From NCBI GenBank assembly GCA_977030845.1, contig OZ365109.1, positions 15,004,001-15,068,000 of the forward strand: a DNA stretch of 64,000 bases, given 5' to 3'. This stretch comes from Fimbriosthenelais zetlandica. Lineage: Eukaryota. Shown here one piece after another: positions 24,201-35,460 of the stretch. The position numbers and the translations under genes are program-made. Position 1 is the stretch's first letter, and every line of letters begins with the position of its first letter. The notes beneath the pieces were generated by a model. It made no database searches. It worked only from the letters and a program-made list of their open reading frames with translations, and was not told the DNA's origin.

Positions 24201-27200
24201 GTCGTCCTCACCCCCGCCGGGAAGATCGGCGTGACCGAAGGGCACGACCCCCAGGGACCCACACTAACAATGGCAGATTAGAGATAGAACGTTACCATGG
24301 AAACCCAAAGCGGGGGGGTTAATATAGAGTTTGGTGAGCGGTCTGACAAGCGCTGAACACTTCCACAGATCTATAATATAGGGCTATTTTTTTCCTGTTG
24401 TCTTTTTGAATGGCTATATGCGGGTCCATATAGAAACGGTCGCACTTCAAGCCATGACAAGCTGATCTCTAAAATCCCTATGAATTAGCCTGGTTAGAAC
24501 CTGGCAAATGAAAGTGAATTATTTCATTAAGTGGGCCAGGCCACTTGGGATGCCTCCCCCGCTCACACATTGACCACTTGGTTAGCTCTCCAGTCCACCA
24601 CAACATCCCACTCCATCTGGCCAGAGGCGACCAGACGTCCAGCCTCCTCCTCCTCTAAGCTAAATTAATTCGACCCAATTGTCAAGTTTCTCTAGGTCAC
24701 ATGATCGAAGTTAACTAAGCAATGCCATTTCAGGCAACATTGGTTAGCTTAATGGTTCTCGCCCTGGGGCTATTTCTATACAAAGCAGTGGAGGCATGGG
24801 AGTTCGTGTTGGGCTGGGGAAGGGGATGGAGAGGGTGTTTGGATGTATCAGATAGGCATTTTCTAAATTAATCCCGCTTTTATTACCTTGTGGATCCCAA
24901 TCAACGTTCTTAATGCATTTCAGCCGGATAGACGGCTGGGGAACTCATCTATGGATCTGCATGGGAATCAGCGATAAGCAGCTATTTTTCTCAAGTGCCA
25001 ACATTTAGCCTCGTCAGCGCTGAGTGAGAAACGGTAGAATGGTGACTCAATAGATGATAGCAATAGCACAGCTATACATGATAGCATATCTTATAGATAC
25101 TCACCAATAACAATGACGATGTTTATAGGATGGTAAAAGGGGATGTGGCAAACCACAACATTCCTAACCGTCTCTTTCTAGATATATGAATATTGTTGTT
25201 GGAGTAGATGAAAATGGTGGTGCATTTATGATCTGAGGGAGAGCGAGAGAGAGAGGGTGGCGGGGGGGGGGGGGGGCGGGGCGGGGCGGGTGAAAGGGGG
25301 GATAGTCTTGAATGTATTCTGCAATTACAATCAGTTCGATTGAATTGATTTTCATTTTAGTCTGCCATAAATGATTGAGAATATAACGGGGGAGTTGACA
25401 CGCTTAACCATTCAAATGGTCTAGATTGCTTTAAATTGGAGGCTAATCAAGGACTGGGTACCACTCAGGTGAGTGGGTGGAGGGGGAGCGGAGGGAGGGA
25501 GAGAGAAAGAAAGAGAAAGAGAAAAAGAGAGAGAGTGGAGGAGTCAGAAATTGTAGCAGGTGTCCATGTGTGGTCAATCCTTTTGGGTGACAAATCTTTA
25601 TTTAAGACTCGGTGGTCAAGAACAAAATAACATTAGCACAGGGTTGGCTATTTAGACCGAGAAAAAGAGTTACAGTGGAAAGCTCAAAATTTCTATAACT
25701 TATTCTAAATGCAAAGCAAACCCCAACCCGAGCAAATATTGAACCATGCATTGTGAAGGCCCCAAACACACACAATGCACGGTTGGAAAGTAAATATTTC
25801 CCCACTGCCCAAGCAGTGTTTACTGTTATGGTCTATCTGCCCTGGAGGAGAAACTGAAAAGCTTGATAATATGCATGCGCCGAATGCGCCATTCCATTGT
25901 CAATACATGAAAGATAATTTATAGTTCTATATCGGGGTCACTCAGTGTCCGGCATGGATCCATATAAGATACAGAGCTTATAGGACTGACTGTCCATGGG
26001 CCGAGGAGGATTGGCCTAGAGACAAATGAACAGGATGTATGACATAGGAGTCAAGACAAGGCAAACACATCTTGACTGAGATAACAGATATATGTAAGGG
26101 ATAATGTATCCGCCGACATATCATCTGGCACAGAAAACAAACAATAAACTAATATCCCCCCAGGAAGCCATGTTTGTTTGTAATGTAATGTCATTACTAT
26201 GATTATCTACCTAGAAACTTAGACCTAGATAGATACAAGGAATTTACACTTCAAGCAACCGTTTTTTTTGCCCTGTGAAAAAAGGACAAAAACACTCATT
26301 TGGAAATGCCGGTAACATTCTGAGTCGGTGAAATATCGAAATATTCAGTCACTGAGGGAAGCATGAACTTAGTTAATTAACGCTTTAAAACTCCACTGTT
26401 CAAAGCACAGTCCGTTCCTGTAATGATGAATCATCAGTACTGAACGTTGGGAGTTCATTTTTTTTAAAACGTCTATCTTTGTAGGCAGGATGATGCTAAA
26501 GAGGCTGATGAGATATCTTGGATAAGGGCCGATCTGATTCACCTTGGAGTTGGGAAAGACAGAGGGTTTATCATCCCCCATCCTTATCACAGCTCTGAGT
26601 CTGTGTTAACTCGTGTAGAAAAGCTGTACCTTATGGACCGGCAGCAGCATCGCTATGGCAACACATTATACAACCCTTGGTAACCAGGGTAACCAGCGGG
26701 CATCGTGTTGTGGGCGTGTCTAAACTCCAAAACTTCCACACCAACGATCCCCTGCCCTAAGGTTACCAAGACCCCCTGCTCTCTCCATACAGAACTTCAA
26801 ACAGACTTCAGAAGGTAAAAATATCTGATGATTTCAATTGAAAACCAAAGGTTTATGTTGAGAAATATGCACTGGCAACAGAATTTTTAGCTATTTCTCT
26901 TATTGGGATTGTACAAGGTATCGCCAAATTTTGAATATATTCAATTTAGTTTGTTGGATACTAGCTAGCATGTTGTTTATGTTTTCTTCCGTATCCTAAA
27001 ACTAAATTTATTATCTTTAAGGGATTCTTGTAGGGTTCTATATGTACTGTCGATTAATTTTGATGGCAGTAGCGTTGTATAAAGTGACAAAAGAGATGGT
27101 TTAAATTGAAAGGTTGTATGGTACATGCATAGACAGTCAAAGCCTTGTATTCAATATTGGAAACTTGTCTCGTTTGTGCAGAAATTAAGACGTGGACTGT

Positions 27201-30139
27201 TTTTTCAATGAGAGTTTTGACAGGGGATGTTAGGCTGGTCGTTTGAGGAGGACCTTAGCGGTAGGCCTACAATAGAGCCTCATTAGTGGAGGATCATTGA
27301 GATCTCTGGTCTCCCAGGCGCCCGTCATCAATTAGCCAACAGCTGGAGGGCCTCTCACATAACCACCAGGCAATGCCCGCCCGCCGGCCACTAGGGGATC
27401 AACTGCTTAATACATTAGTCTTCAAAACACACTTATACCGGGAACAATGTCTTTTTACATTGATTGTAAATATACAGTCCTACAATGTAGCTGTAGGGTA
27501 CATGTATCTTATTTCTAAAGTTTTTCCATCAGACGGTGTAAAAATAAAATATTGAAGGGAGGATTGAAAATGAACTCGAGAAAACTCAACCTGGACTACA
27601 ATGGATTCTACTATATCTCCTTTTCTTTCGACACCATTTTTTTTAGTTATTGTTGAAAAGGAAGAATGTAACCAGTTCCAGGCTGGGCCATGTGTAGGTG
27701 AAATTTAATGCTATTTTTTGGGAGGGTTTGCCACGGTGGAATGTGGGAGATGGTGAGGTAATTCATGTTGGGGAAGGCCAGACCAACCTCCGATTTTACG
27801 AACATCAAGGTTGAGTAACGTACAGTCGACAGGGTGAAAGATGATTGATTTTCGTCAGGTCTAAATACAGGCCATGGCATTTAAACCCAGCCAAGCTTCG
27901 ATTACTGCGCCTGGGTCTGGAAGAGTTTGGGGGATATAGGGCACCAGGTATATCTGTTAACGAGACAAGATAATTCAGCCAACTAGCCATACATTTCTCT
28001 CGCGAGTAAGGAACTGTCGATAATTTCATAAATCAGACATTCGTTTATTTGACATCAATACAAATTTCAGCAGAATAATGGCTTTGAACAACCAGACTTA
28101 TAGATATCATTCTAAAGCCTCAGCCCTATTTTTGTTTTACACAAGGAATTGCATTATAAAAATACTTGGAATCAAACAAGTATATCCAAACTGAATATAC
28201 ATGTACAGATTCGATCTAAATATAAATTTAAAGGACTTTTTTGTCTGCTAACTTTGAAAGAATAGAGGATCTGCATGAAAGTAGATCAAACCACAGAGCA
28301 TGGTCTAAATGTTCCATAAACACAAAGCCTGTGTATGGGCCATGTCCTGGAGGGAGGCTGGGAAACATCATGTCTGGCAACAGTGACACAAAAGATATGG
28401 TTTGGCTGATAGAGGTCTTTATAACGGCCCATTTGTACATCCTTCTGAGCTTAGTCAACATACAGGTCTACTGCCTTTGGGAGGCTTATTTTACCTCATG
28501 ACTCTGAAAATACTACCCTGTATGGTTTGTATGAATAAAATATAGTATTAACCAATAGCGTACCGTAGATCTATTCTATGGTAAAATTCACGAGTTCATA
28601 GAGGCTTATATGCGAAAAATCATAGCAGGTGTATCAGATAGGCATAGGCCTTATCAGACAGATTGTAGATGGTAGTATTATCATGATGGTTAAAAATAAA
28701 TAAAGGTTGAAACTTCAGATTTTGTTCAATGCATCATGTCTCAAGTGTTAACCTAGGTCGAGACAATATTTATAATGCATTAGGGTAATGATTTGGTAAC
28801 AATATGACTGCCTTCAAGGACTTGATTCGCATCAGTAATTTTCAGTAGTTACCGTACCGTACTCAAGGTATGTGATCAGTGACCCAAGACATGGAAGCCA
28901 AACGGCAGGGAAAAGGCATACATGCAGGTAGGCCCCATCTAAAGGTGATATGCTGGATGAGTCGGTAAGCTTATCTCTAGGTTTACTGTACTACAAGTTA
29001 TAGACAAAGCTTGGTGTGAGGCCAGGCTTTGGCAATAAATATGAAACACATAGGTCTAAACAAACAAATTCATTCAAGGTTCAGCATACAAAAAACTGAT
29101 GTCCATTTTATAGGCCTACCTACTGTAGGAATACTACTAGTACTAGGATACCCGTACCTATTTTACACAAAGCCTAAATTTATCCTTTAAATTGAGTTTT
29201 GAGATGACTGACCCAGTGCTCCAGGACACAACAGTTTTTGAAAATCATGGATACAAGCCCTAGGCTAGGCCGGCCTAATATCTAAACCAACAAATAGGCC
29301 TATATTACAGTTATGCCTAACAGTATTACTTGCACAACCTTGTGACTTGTCCTAGGCTAGACCTAGGCTACCCGCTAGAGATCAACTTTATCTCACTGGC
29401 AGTCACTACAAAAAAAATATTTATTATGCCTTTTACTGTATTAGGCCCCCTATATTAAAAACAAGAAAAATCCACTGTAGATTATATATGACCAACATAT
29501 TGAAGAAGAGAGAATTGTAGCCCTCTTCAATCAGGCTCTTGTCGTATTGGTAGGCAACACTGACATTTTGGCCCAGAAGCAAAGGTACCCTTGTAGGCCT
29601 ACATCAAAGCCCCTACCGTGTACATAGACTAAAACATTAAAAGCCTATTTGGGCATCTGTCCTATGGCCTATGCATTCAGCAGCATTGCCAGCATTAGGC
29701 ATTACCGTACCATTGGTAGAGCCTGGTAGCCTACTGCTAGTACTGGTAGGCTATAGATTGTACTTGGAGCAGACATTAAGAGATTTACCGAAATATAAGT
29801 TCGAAACATTGACTAACTTTGAAGTTTCTGTAAAACATAGGCCTATAACTAATAGGTTCCACCTCTGGTGTCAAACAGCCCCAGTCTGCCCAGATAAATA
29901 ACAGGCCGTGTGAACTAAAGTCTAAACTGAATCGTGTCTGCTCATACTCACACAAAACTTGGAGGAGCACCATTCATGTGGTCTTTTTGGTGTTCCGCAA
30001 CGGAGAATCCAAAATAAGAATCCGGCCTTCCTTCCTTCACGATAGGAACTTTGGTATCCACATTAAAAGACGACAATGGGCAAGTATTAATAGCAATAAT
30101 CAAGAGAATCGCCGTACGGCGAAATCCACTCAGGGCCAT
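288..30139 (-). CDS. ITGA6/7: Integrin alpha subunit, laminin-binding PS1/alpha3-6-7 class (5' part; gene continues beyond the left edge)
   Basis: Exons 30139-29952, 3934-3789, 3408-3323, 3102-2920, 2641-2467, 1920-1800, 1634-1539, 1080-990, 429-288; all GT-AG and phase-compatible. Signal peptide MALSGFRRTAILLIIAINTCPLSS followed by the mature N-terminus FNVDTKVPIVKEG..DSYFGFSVA; FG-GAP repeats (VIVGAPRD, DQWLGVSVAS, ACAHRF, IIIGTPRAY, YVGGAPRS, FGSGFGYTVEVVDFNGDGDDDLVVGAPFY, FGISLANLGDIDRDGFQ). DQWLGVSV suggests the alpha3/6/7/PS1 class. Confidence 0.93.
657..869. repeat. Dispersed repeat family A, copy 1 (unclassified non-autonomous element)
   Basis: Shares TCTGAGTCAGTGTT...GTGAAACTCA...CCCTGATTTCCAGAGTCACTGGGA.CCCTG with 1243-1473 and 48610-48856. 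Confidence 0.7.
1243..1473. repeat. Dispersed repeat family A, copy 2
   Basis: GTCATATGAAGCAC..CAGTGGCGGGCATGGGATTG..GTCAAT...CCCTGATTTCCAGAGTCACTGGGAACCCTG; same orientation as the other copies. Confidence 0.7.
2219..2441. mobile_element. Putative hAT-like MITE in an integrin intron
   Basis: Imperfect 16-bp TIRs CAGGGTTCGAAATAAG / CTTATTTCCAACCCTT and internal repeated TGGCC motifs; no clean TSD seen. Confidence 0.5.
4250..4600. repeat. Purine-rich degenerate tandem repeat (AGAGGGGAAAGGGAC-like units)
   Basis: Strand-biased G/A tract with recurring AGAGGGGAAAGGGAC and GGAGAGCTAAGAGAG units. Confidence 0.7.
6727..6788 (+). promoter_or_regulatory. RFX X-box + X2/CRE (ATGCGTCATC) + Y-box (CTGATTGG) module
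   Basis: GTTACCAAGGTGAC 6727-6740, ATGCGTCATC 6758-6767, CTGATTGG 6781-6788; motif match only, function untested. Confidence 0.5.
7557..7732. mobile_element. pogo/Tc2-like MITE, inverted relative to the 105-269 copy
   Basis: TACCGTATTTGCCGG...CCGGCATATATACGGTA; internal CCTGAGCGGCCAGGGGGTGCGGTTTATA is the reverse complement of the 105-269 interior. Confidence 0.75.
11520..11812. repeat. (GA)n-rich degenerate microsatellite
   Basis: Continuous GAGAGAGAGGGAGA-type tract; explains the spurious E/R-rich and L/S-rich ORFs here. Confidence 0.85.
13000..13889. repeat. 348-bp tandem repeat (~2.5 copies) inside the Ginger-like element
   Basis: ORF-track duplicates at 13079/13427 and 13273/13621 are offset by exactly 348 nt; units nearly identical. 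Confidence 0.9.
14260..15124. mobile_element. piggyBac-type non-autonomous element (865 bp) nested in the Ginger-like element
   Basis: TIRs CCCTTTAATGCC / GGCATTAAAGGG, TTAA duplicated at 14256-14259 and 15125-15128; paralogous empty site (…ATCTTAACAACATATTTTGTGATGCG) at ~12991-13020. Confidence 0.88.
21257..21320. mobile_element. Very short inverted-repeat element (MITE-like)
   Basis: ACTGCACCCAAGCT...AGCTTGGGTACAGT; a 5' half copy (GTAACTGCACCCAAGCTTTGCGTTCTGCTACT) recurs at ~49768-49800. Confidence 0.5.
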
Positions 30140-30530
30140 TTTGAGGGACTTCTGCAAGCCTCACGGGCGATGTGAGTACCCATGAGATTTAACGAGACGC
30201 GTAGTGATATCAAATATCTGCAATGCATTAGGCGCCTTTTTGATGACAATAGTAACGTTTCAGAAATAATTCATTTCAAAAATAAGTATAGATTACATTA
30301 CATTCTAAAATCTTTAGATTTATTGTGGATGTTAAAGAGAAATAACTATAGTTCTGAAACTATTTTTCTAACCTGCGGAGGTGTACACTAAATTGGTCGA
30401 GGTGTTGCAAGGCACTTCCGGTTAAACGAAAGACTAGGGTTATCGACTTGCTTCACAGATAGAGAATGCATTGATTTCATGGGCTTATATCGTGTTAACG
30501 TTGATATTGGGTGACAGAAATTTGGTTAAG
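30140..30530. promoter_or_regulatory. Bidirectional promoter region, integrin alpha / BLOC1S1
   Basis: Divergent ATGs ~390 bp apart; ETS-type ACTTCCGGTT at 30414-30423. Confidence 0.7.
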
Positions 30531-32471
30531 ATGTTGTCACGGATGGTAAAAGAGCATCAGGGTCGGCAACAGATCAGGAAGCAAATTCAAGGTAGGAAAT
30601 TCATGTGGGCGGGGTCGCTGTCACTGGCACTGCCACTGGCTACCGTCCGTAGCACTAGCACTAGCAGGCTTACCACTGCACTGGCAGTGGGGACCAACAG
30701 GCCCACTTACTCGAAATTAATAGGCCCTAAATCATAAGCTAATTATTGATTAATGATAGGCCTACGGTCTAAGACTTATTACGGTAGGCTAACATAATAT
30801 AGGGCCTACCGGAAACGTATATAGGGAATATCGTAACTAACAATGAATCCATAACATGTCACTATTTCAGAAAAAAGAAAGAAGGAAGCAGCTGCTGCCG
30901 CTACAGCCCTCTCCCATGCACTCGTCGATCACCTCAATGCTGGGTAGGTGCACTTTTCTGTTGTCTTCTAGAGCTAAAATATTTAAGTATCAATATTTTT
31001 TCGAGGCTTATAGTTGCATGTTCCCTACCGTAGTAGGGCATATAAAACACGTACCAGGTATAGAACTAAGAATGCTATAGGGCTAATTAATGCTTCTTTT
31101 AATGACTACCGGTAATATGTAAAACTAAATTATATTAATTACAGTCATGATGGTGCCACAAATATGTAAGTATAGGCTAGTTACCGTACTGTACTTAAGA
31201 TTGGAGATTTTAAGGAGTTCTCTGGTTGGAACGGTTGAGGAATTCTCGCTCGCTTAGTGTAGGCCTAATTGTCTGGATTAATCAGTGTTAAGTTAACTTA
31301 ATGGCCAAGAGCTGGCATTCTATGAGATTGTATATACTGCAATACAATACCAGTGGCTTCGGCCTCCTAACCTCTTCTGAATTATAAATTATTGAATTAT
31401 CTTGCTATGCACTAGTAGATTTTAATACATAAGCAGGATCTCGGTCTTTGGTCTTTCCCTGGAACACTTAGTTTGACATACGGTACCATTAGTTCTAACA
31501 GAGAATAGTAAAAACTAATAGCTGGGTGGCTTGTTTTGCGGTGAGGACTTGGTACTACCGGTATATCATCTCTCTATAATTCAATCTTTATTACCCTCTA
31601 CCTATCCCGCATGGCCTTGGATTATTAATGATATGGTATTATCAGCAAACCAGCCTGTTATTTTAATGAATAATATATTTTAATAAATGCATTGCATGTT
31701 GGTTGAGGATTAATGGAAATGAATGTTGATGTCATTCTTTGAATCACATTCATTTAATCCAGGTTATCGGTAATACGTTGTCTGACTAAGGTACATTTTT
31801 GTAACTGCATTGATCAAATCATGGAGTACGGTAGGCCTTATCACGTATTCTGTGATTGTGCTTTAAATAATGTTCTGTCCATGTTCAATCTTCCAGTCCG
31901 TTCATAAAGCGATCTAGAGAAATTAATTGGGAACTGAAAACTGTTTAGTTCTTCACACCGCCCCCTCCAAAAACCCTAGTCTGACCTGTCAGATTCATTT
32001 CGTTCTTGACTTCTTACTTTTGTACTTTCATTGCCAGTGTCGCCCAGGCGTACGTGAACCAAAAGAAACTCGATACGGAGACGAAAATACTGCAGGCCAA
32101 TGCAGCACATTTCTCCAAACAAACGATGCAGTGGCTACATTTAGTTGAAGAATTTAATCAGTCACTAAAGGTAAGAAATATATCAGTATTCTGATTTTTT
32201 AACGAAATTGAATTCTCAGCTATTTTGATGCAAAACCAAATGAAACGAGCCGCTTAACTATATCGTTTTTTTCTCTCTAGGAAATAGGCGATGTTGAGAA
32301 TTGGGCGAGGAGTATTGAAACGGACATGCGAACGATATCGAGTGCATTAGAGTATGCGTATAAAGGTGAGAATATTTTTTAATTACGAGATTTTTGCACC
32401 TGAAGATTTGTATTTTTAAAATCATATCATAATATACTTATATTTCTTTTTCAGAAACTAAACATCAGTGA
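30531..32471 (+). CDS. BLOC1S1: Biogenesis of lysosome-related organelles complex 1 subunit 1 (122 aa)
   Basis: Exons 30531-30591, 30871-30943, 32038-32170, 32281-32365, 32455-32471 give [60 protein letters not shown]...[33 protein letters not shown], which aligns throughout with BLOC1S1 as I recall it. Confidence 0.96.
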
Positions 32472-33481
32472 TAAAGGTACATATATTCCACGAGAGGCAG
32501 TAAAATGACAGATGGGAGAGACTTTGCTATTCTTAATCATAATGACGCTCCTGTTAAGTGCCAGTACTGCTGCCATCTGAATGAATGTTCGTCGCCTATC
32601 TCCGTTTGTGCTTTTGTATGCCAGTATGAATCCTTAAAATTGGCCAGAAGTTGCCGATGATTATTCTGCCTATATTCGTAGATTTTGGAGGATTTGGACC
32701 GAAGCATTTCAACTTTTTGTGCATCTAATATGTTGAATTATTGTTACTGTATATTATAAAATTGATTAATTTGAGATTATTTACTTGTATTTTTCTTGTA
32801 AATAAATAAAATGAAAAGTATTCCGTTCTTCGTTTGGTATTAAAATTCATAACAGGTATAACCACTATGTGTCCTGAAATAAGGTTGATAAAATATTGAA
32901 CTTCTATTTGTTCTTCGGTTATACGATTAGTCATTTGCAGTGAACATAGCAAACACCAATATAGACCATTTAAACAGATTCACAAGCCTGCACATATGCC
33001 TATTCAGTTACCTATAGACTAAGGTATGTTATTACTAAATCAGAAAAATTAATATACTGAAAATAAATTAAGCATCTCCAAAGGAGGAAATGTTTATTTC
33101 TGAGGACTGACAAAACAGTGTTGGATCCACAGGAAAGACTTAGAAATATAATTATTATAGTGTACATTTTTCCACGTGGTATAAAACATTTTTCATGCAT
33201 CCTCTACATTCACACATGCACTCACGTTTGGCGAATTCGTATTACGTACTAAAATTCGGAAATCTAAACTCGGCACATATCAAATACTGGTGGGCCTATT
33301 GTCTAAACTTAAAGGGTCAAGATTATCTACACACTACCTTTTAATTCACACGTCTAACTTAGTCAGTAATTTTTAAATCAGTTGTAGCATTATGAAAGGG
33401 GAAATTTATAAATAGTGAATACAATTCACAATCCTATCAAAGCAACGAAAACTATTAGAAATGTCAATTTAAAAAAAAATC

Positions 33482-34849
33482 CTATTCCCCTTCTAGTGAC
33501 TTGATTTCATCTTCAATGGCCTGTTTCCGACCAATTTTTTCAAGTTGTTCCTTCGTCGGTTCTTTGAGATCGCCTGAATCAATTCTGGATTTAAGATCGT
33601 CAATTTGCCTCAGTTTCTTTCTGAGATTTTTCAAACGTTTGTCTGGTTCGGCAGCTTGCTGCTGGCTGGAAGGTTCTGCTTGGGGGGTACTGGTAGATAC
33701 CTTTTTCTCACTCGATACCTTTTTCTCAGTCGATACTTTTTTCTCACTTGATACTTTTTTCTCACTTGATACTTTTTTCTCACTCGATTGTTTGCTAATC
33801 TGAGTATTAGCTAATGCATGAGTAACTTTCTGAACGGAAGCTGCCTCTGCTTCTTTTTTCTTTTTCTCCTTTCGTTTCTGATTTTTCTTGGCAGCTTTCG
33901 AAAGTGCCGGTGCTGCGACAACATCTTTGTTGTTCTTAGCTTCTTCAACGAGACGTGGATCAAGACCAGGCGGGAGATCAGAGCGGCTCTTCATCCACTG
34001 CACACCTTTGTTTTCATACCTGGAAATTTATGAAAGAAAAGCTTAGAAAAACTAAGAAAATAACTGAGACTTGAAGCACATAAACGAAAGTCTGATCAAT
34101 GGCTTACAGTAATGGACGGTAGGCCTACCGGTACCTAGGGTACGGGTACATCAATTTTTTTTATGTGAAGTACCGGTACACTGGTACACTTACACTGGTA
34201 CTTCTTCTTGTGGGACATAACCATCTTTAACTCGACGAGCTTTTCGCCATGTTCCATCTGGACGCTGAGTCTGCGGAAGGAAATATTCACCTGAAAAGAA
34301 GGGAAAGTGACTGTTAGAAAGAAACCGCAGACGTAGGCTAAATTCTGTATGCATAGTACCGGTACTTGTATAGTTTTAAAGGGATGCCAAACACTTGACT
34401 TGGACGTCTTGGTATAAAGTTATTTTCCTAGGCTAGGCCTACTAACAAGAAATAGGAATAAGCCCTATTACTATTACTTGTATGAGCTAACCAATCCCAT
34501 GTCATGGCAATGCCCTTCTGGTACGGTATGGACTATGGTGACGGGTCAGGTCTGAGGTCAGCCACTGGATGCCAGACAGAGAGTATACACTATACAGTCA
34601 GAGTCAGTATGGTCAGTCTGACAAGTGACAATGTGACATGCAGACTCGCTCATGTGGCACAATTATGCGGCTGGCAGGATGTTCCACATCAATAACAATA
34701 TCTAATTATGATACCTGAAGATGCATATTTCTTTTATAAAGATAATAGGACTTGTTTTAATCGCTTACTAAGCAAAATTCGTAATGCTTACCCGTTTTTT
34801 CATCGAACACAATCCCTTCCCGTTGGGTGGATTGGGTGGTGGCCTCCAT
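33482..34849 (-). CDS. PYM1: Partner of Y14 and Mago (PYM1/WIBG), 230 aa
   Basis: Exons 34849-34792, 34290-34194, 34019-33482. Mago-binding motif [31 protein letters not shown]; C-terminal [17 protein letters not shown]...TKEQLEKI coiled coil. Confidence 0.95.
33696..33785 (-). repeat. Coding minisatellite, 5 x 18 bp, encoding (S[S/T]EKKV)5 in PYM1
   Basis: GATACYTTTTTCTCASTY units at 33696, 33714, 33732, 33750, 33768. Confidence 0.9.
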
Positions 34850-35460
34850 CTTGGATCGTGTTTGCGAGGCTATAAATTCCGCTTCTGATCAAAGTATAAC
34901 AATATCGTATAAAGTAAGTTTTATAAACTGGAACAATCCACATTTTTAAATTTGAAAGCATATTTATATATTTTGATTCCCCATATTGTTTCGAAAATCT
35001 AAATCTAATACTAAGTATCGAGACTATTTCTCAATGACCTTGACCTCTAATTAAACATGGCGGCCTGATGCAACTGTCACGGAAGGAACGGCATATTTAT
35101 TTTAAATCTTTTGTTTTTAAAGGTAAAGAACTACATTTTCTTACTAATACTTTTCATGTATGTGGAATTATAATTTTTGTCTTGGTTTAGTATAAATAGC
35201 ATGTTATATATTGAAGATATGTGGAGAAACGAGGTCCCCTCTGCAGGTCTGAGCCTGTCGCCAGGCCTACTTGCGGTAGTCAGAGGCGGCACAAACAAGG
35301 GAAGGGTGGGCCGCAACATGCCACTTGCTAGTATCAATAGCATTACTGCCACATTTTAGGCCACCATTTACTCAGAGGTGTGAACATCACTTAAAAATAT
35401 GATTTAAGGTACTGGAGGAGGAACGAAGATACAATAGTTACCGTCAGAAATAAGGAAACC
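34850..35460. promoter_or_regulatory. Bidirectional promoter / 5' UTR region, PYM1 / C2CD3
   Basis: Divergent ATGs ~610 bp apart; YY1-like AAACATGGCGG at ~35053; candidate C2CD3 5'-UTR intron ending CACATTTTAG at 35360. Confidence 0.6.
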
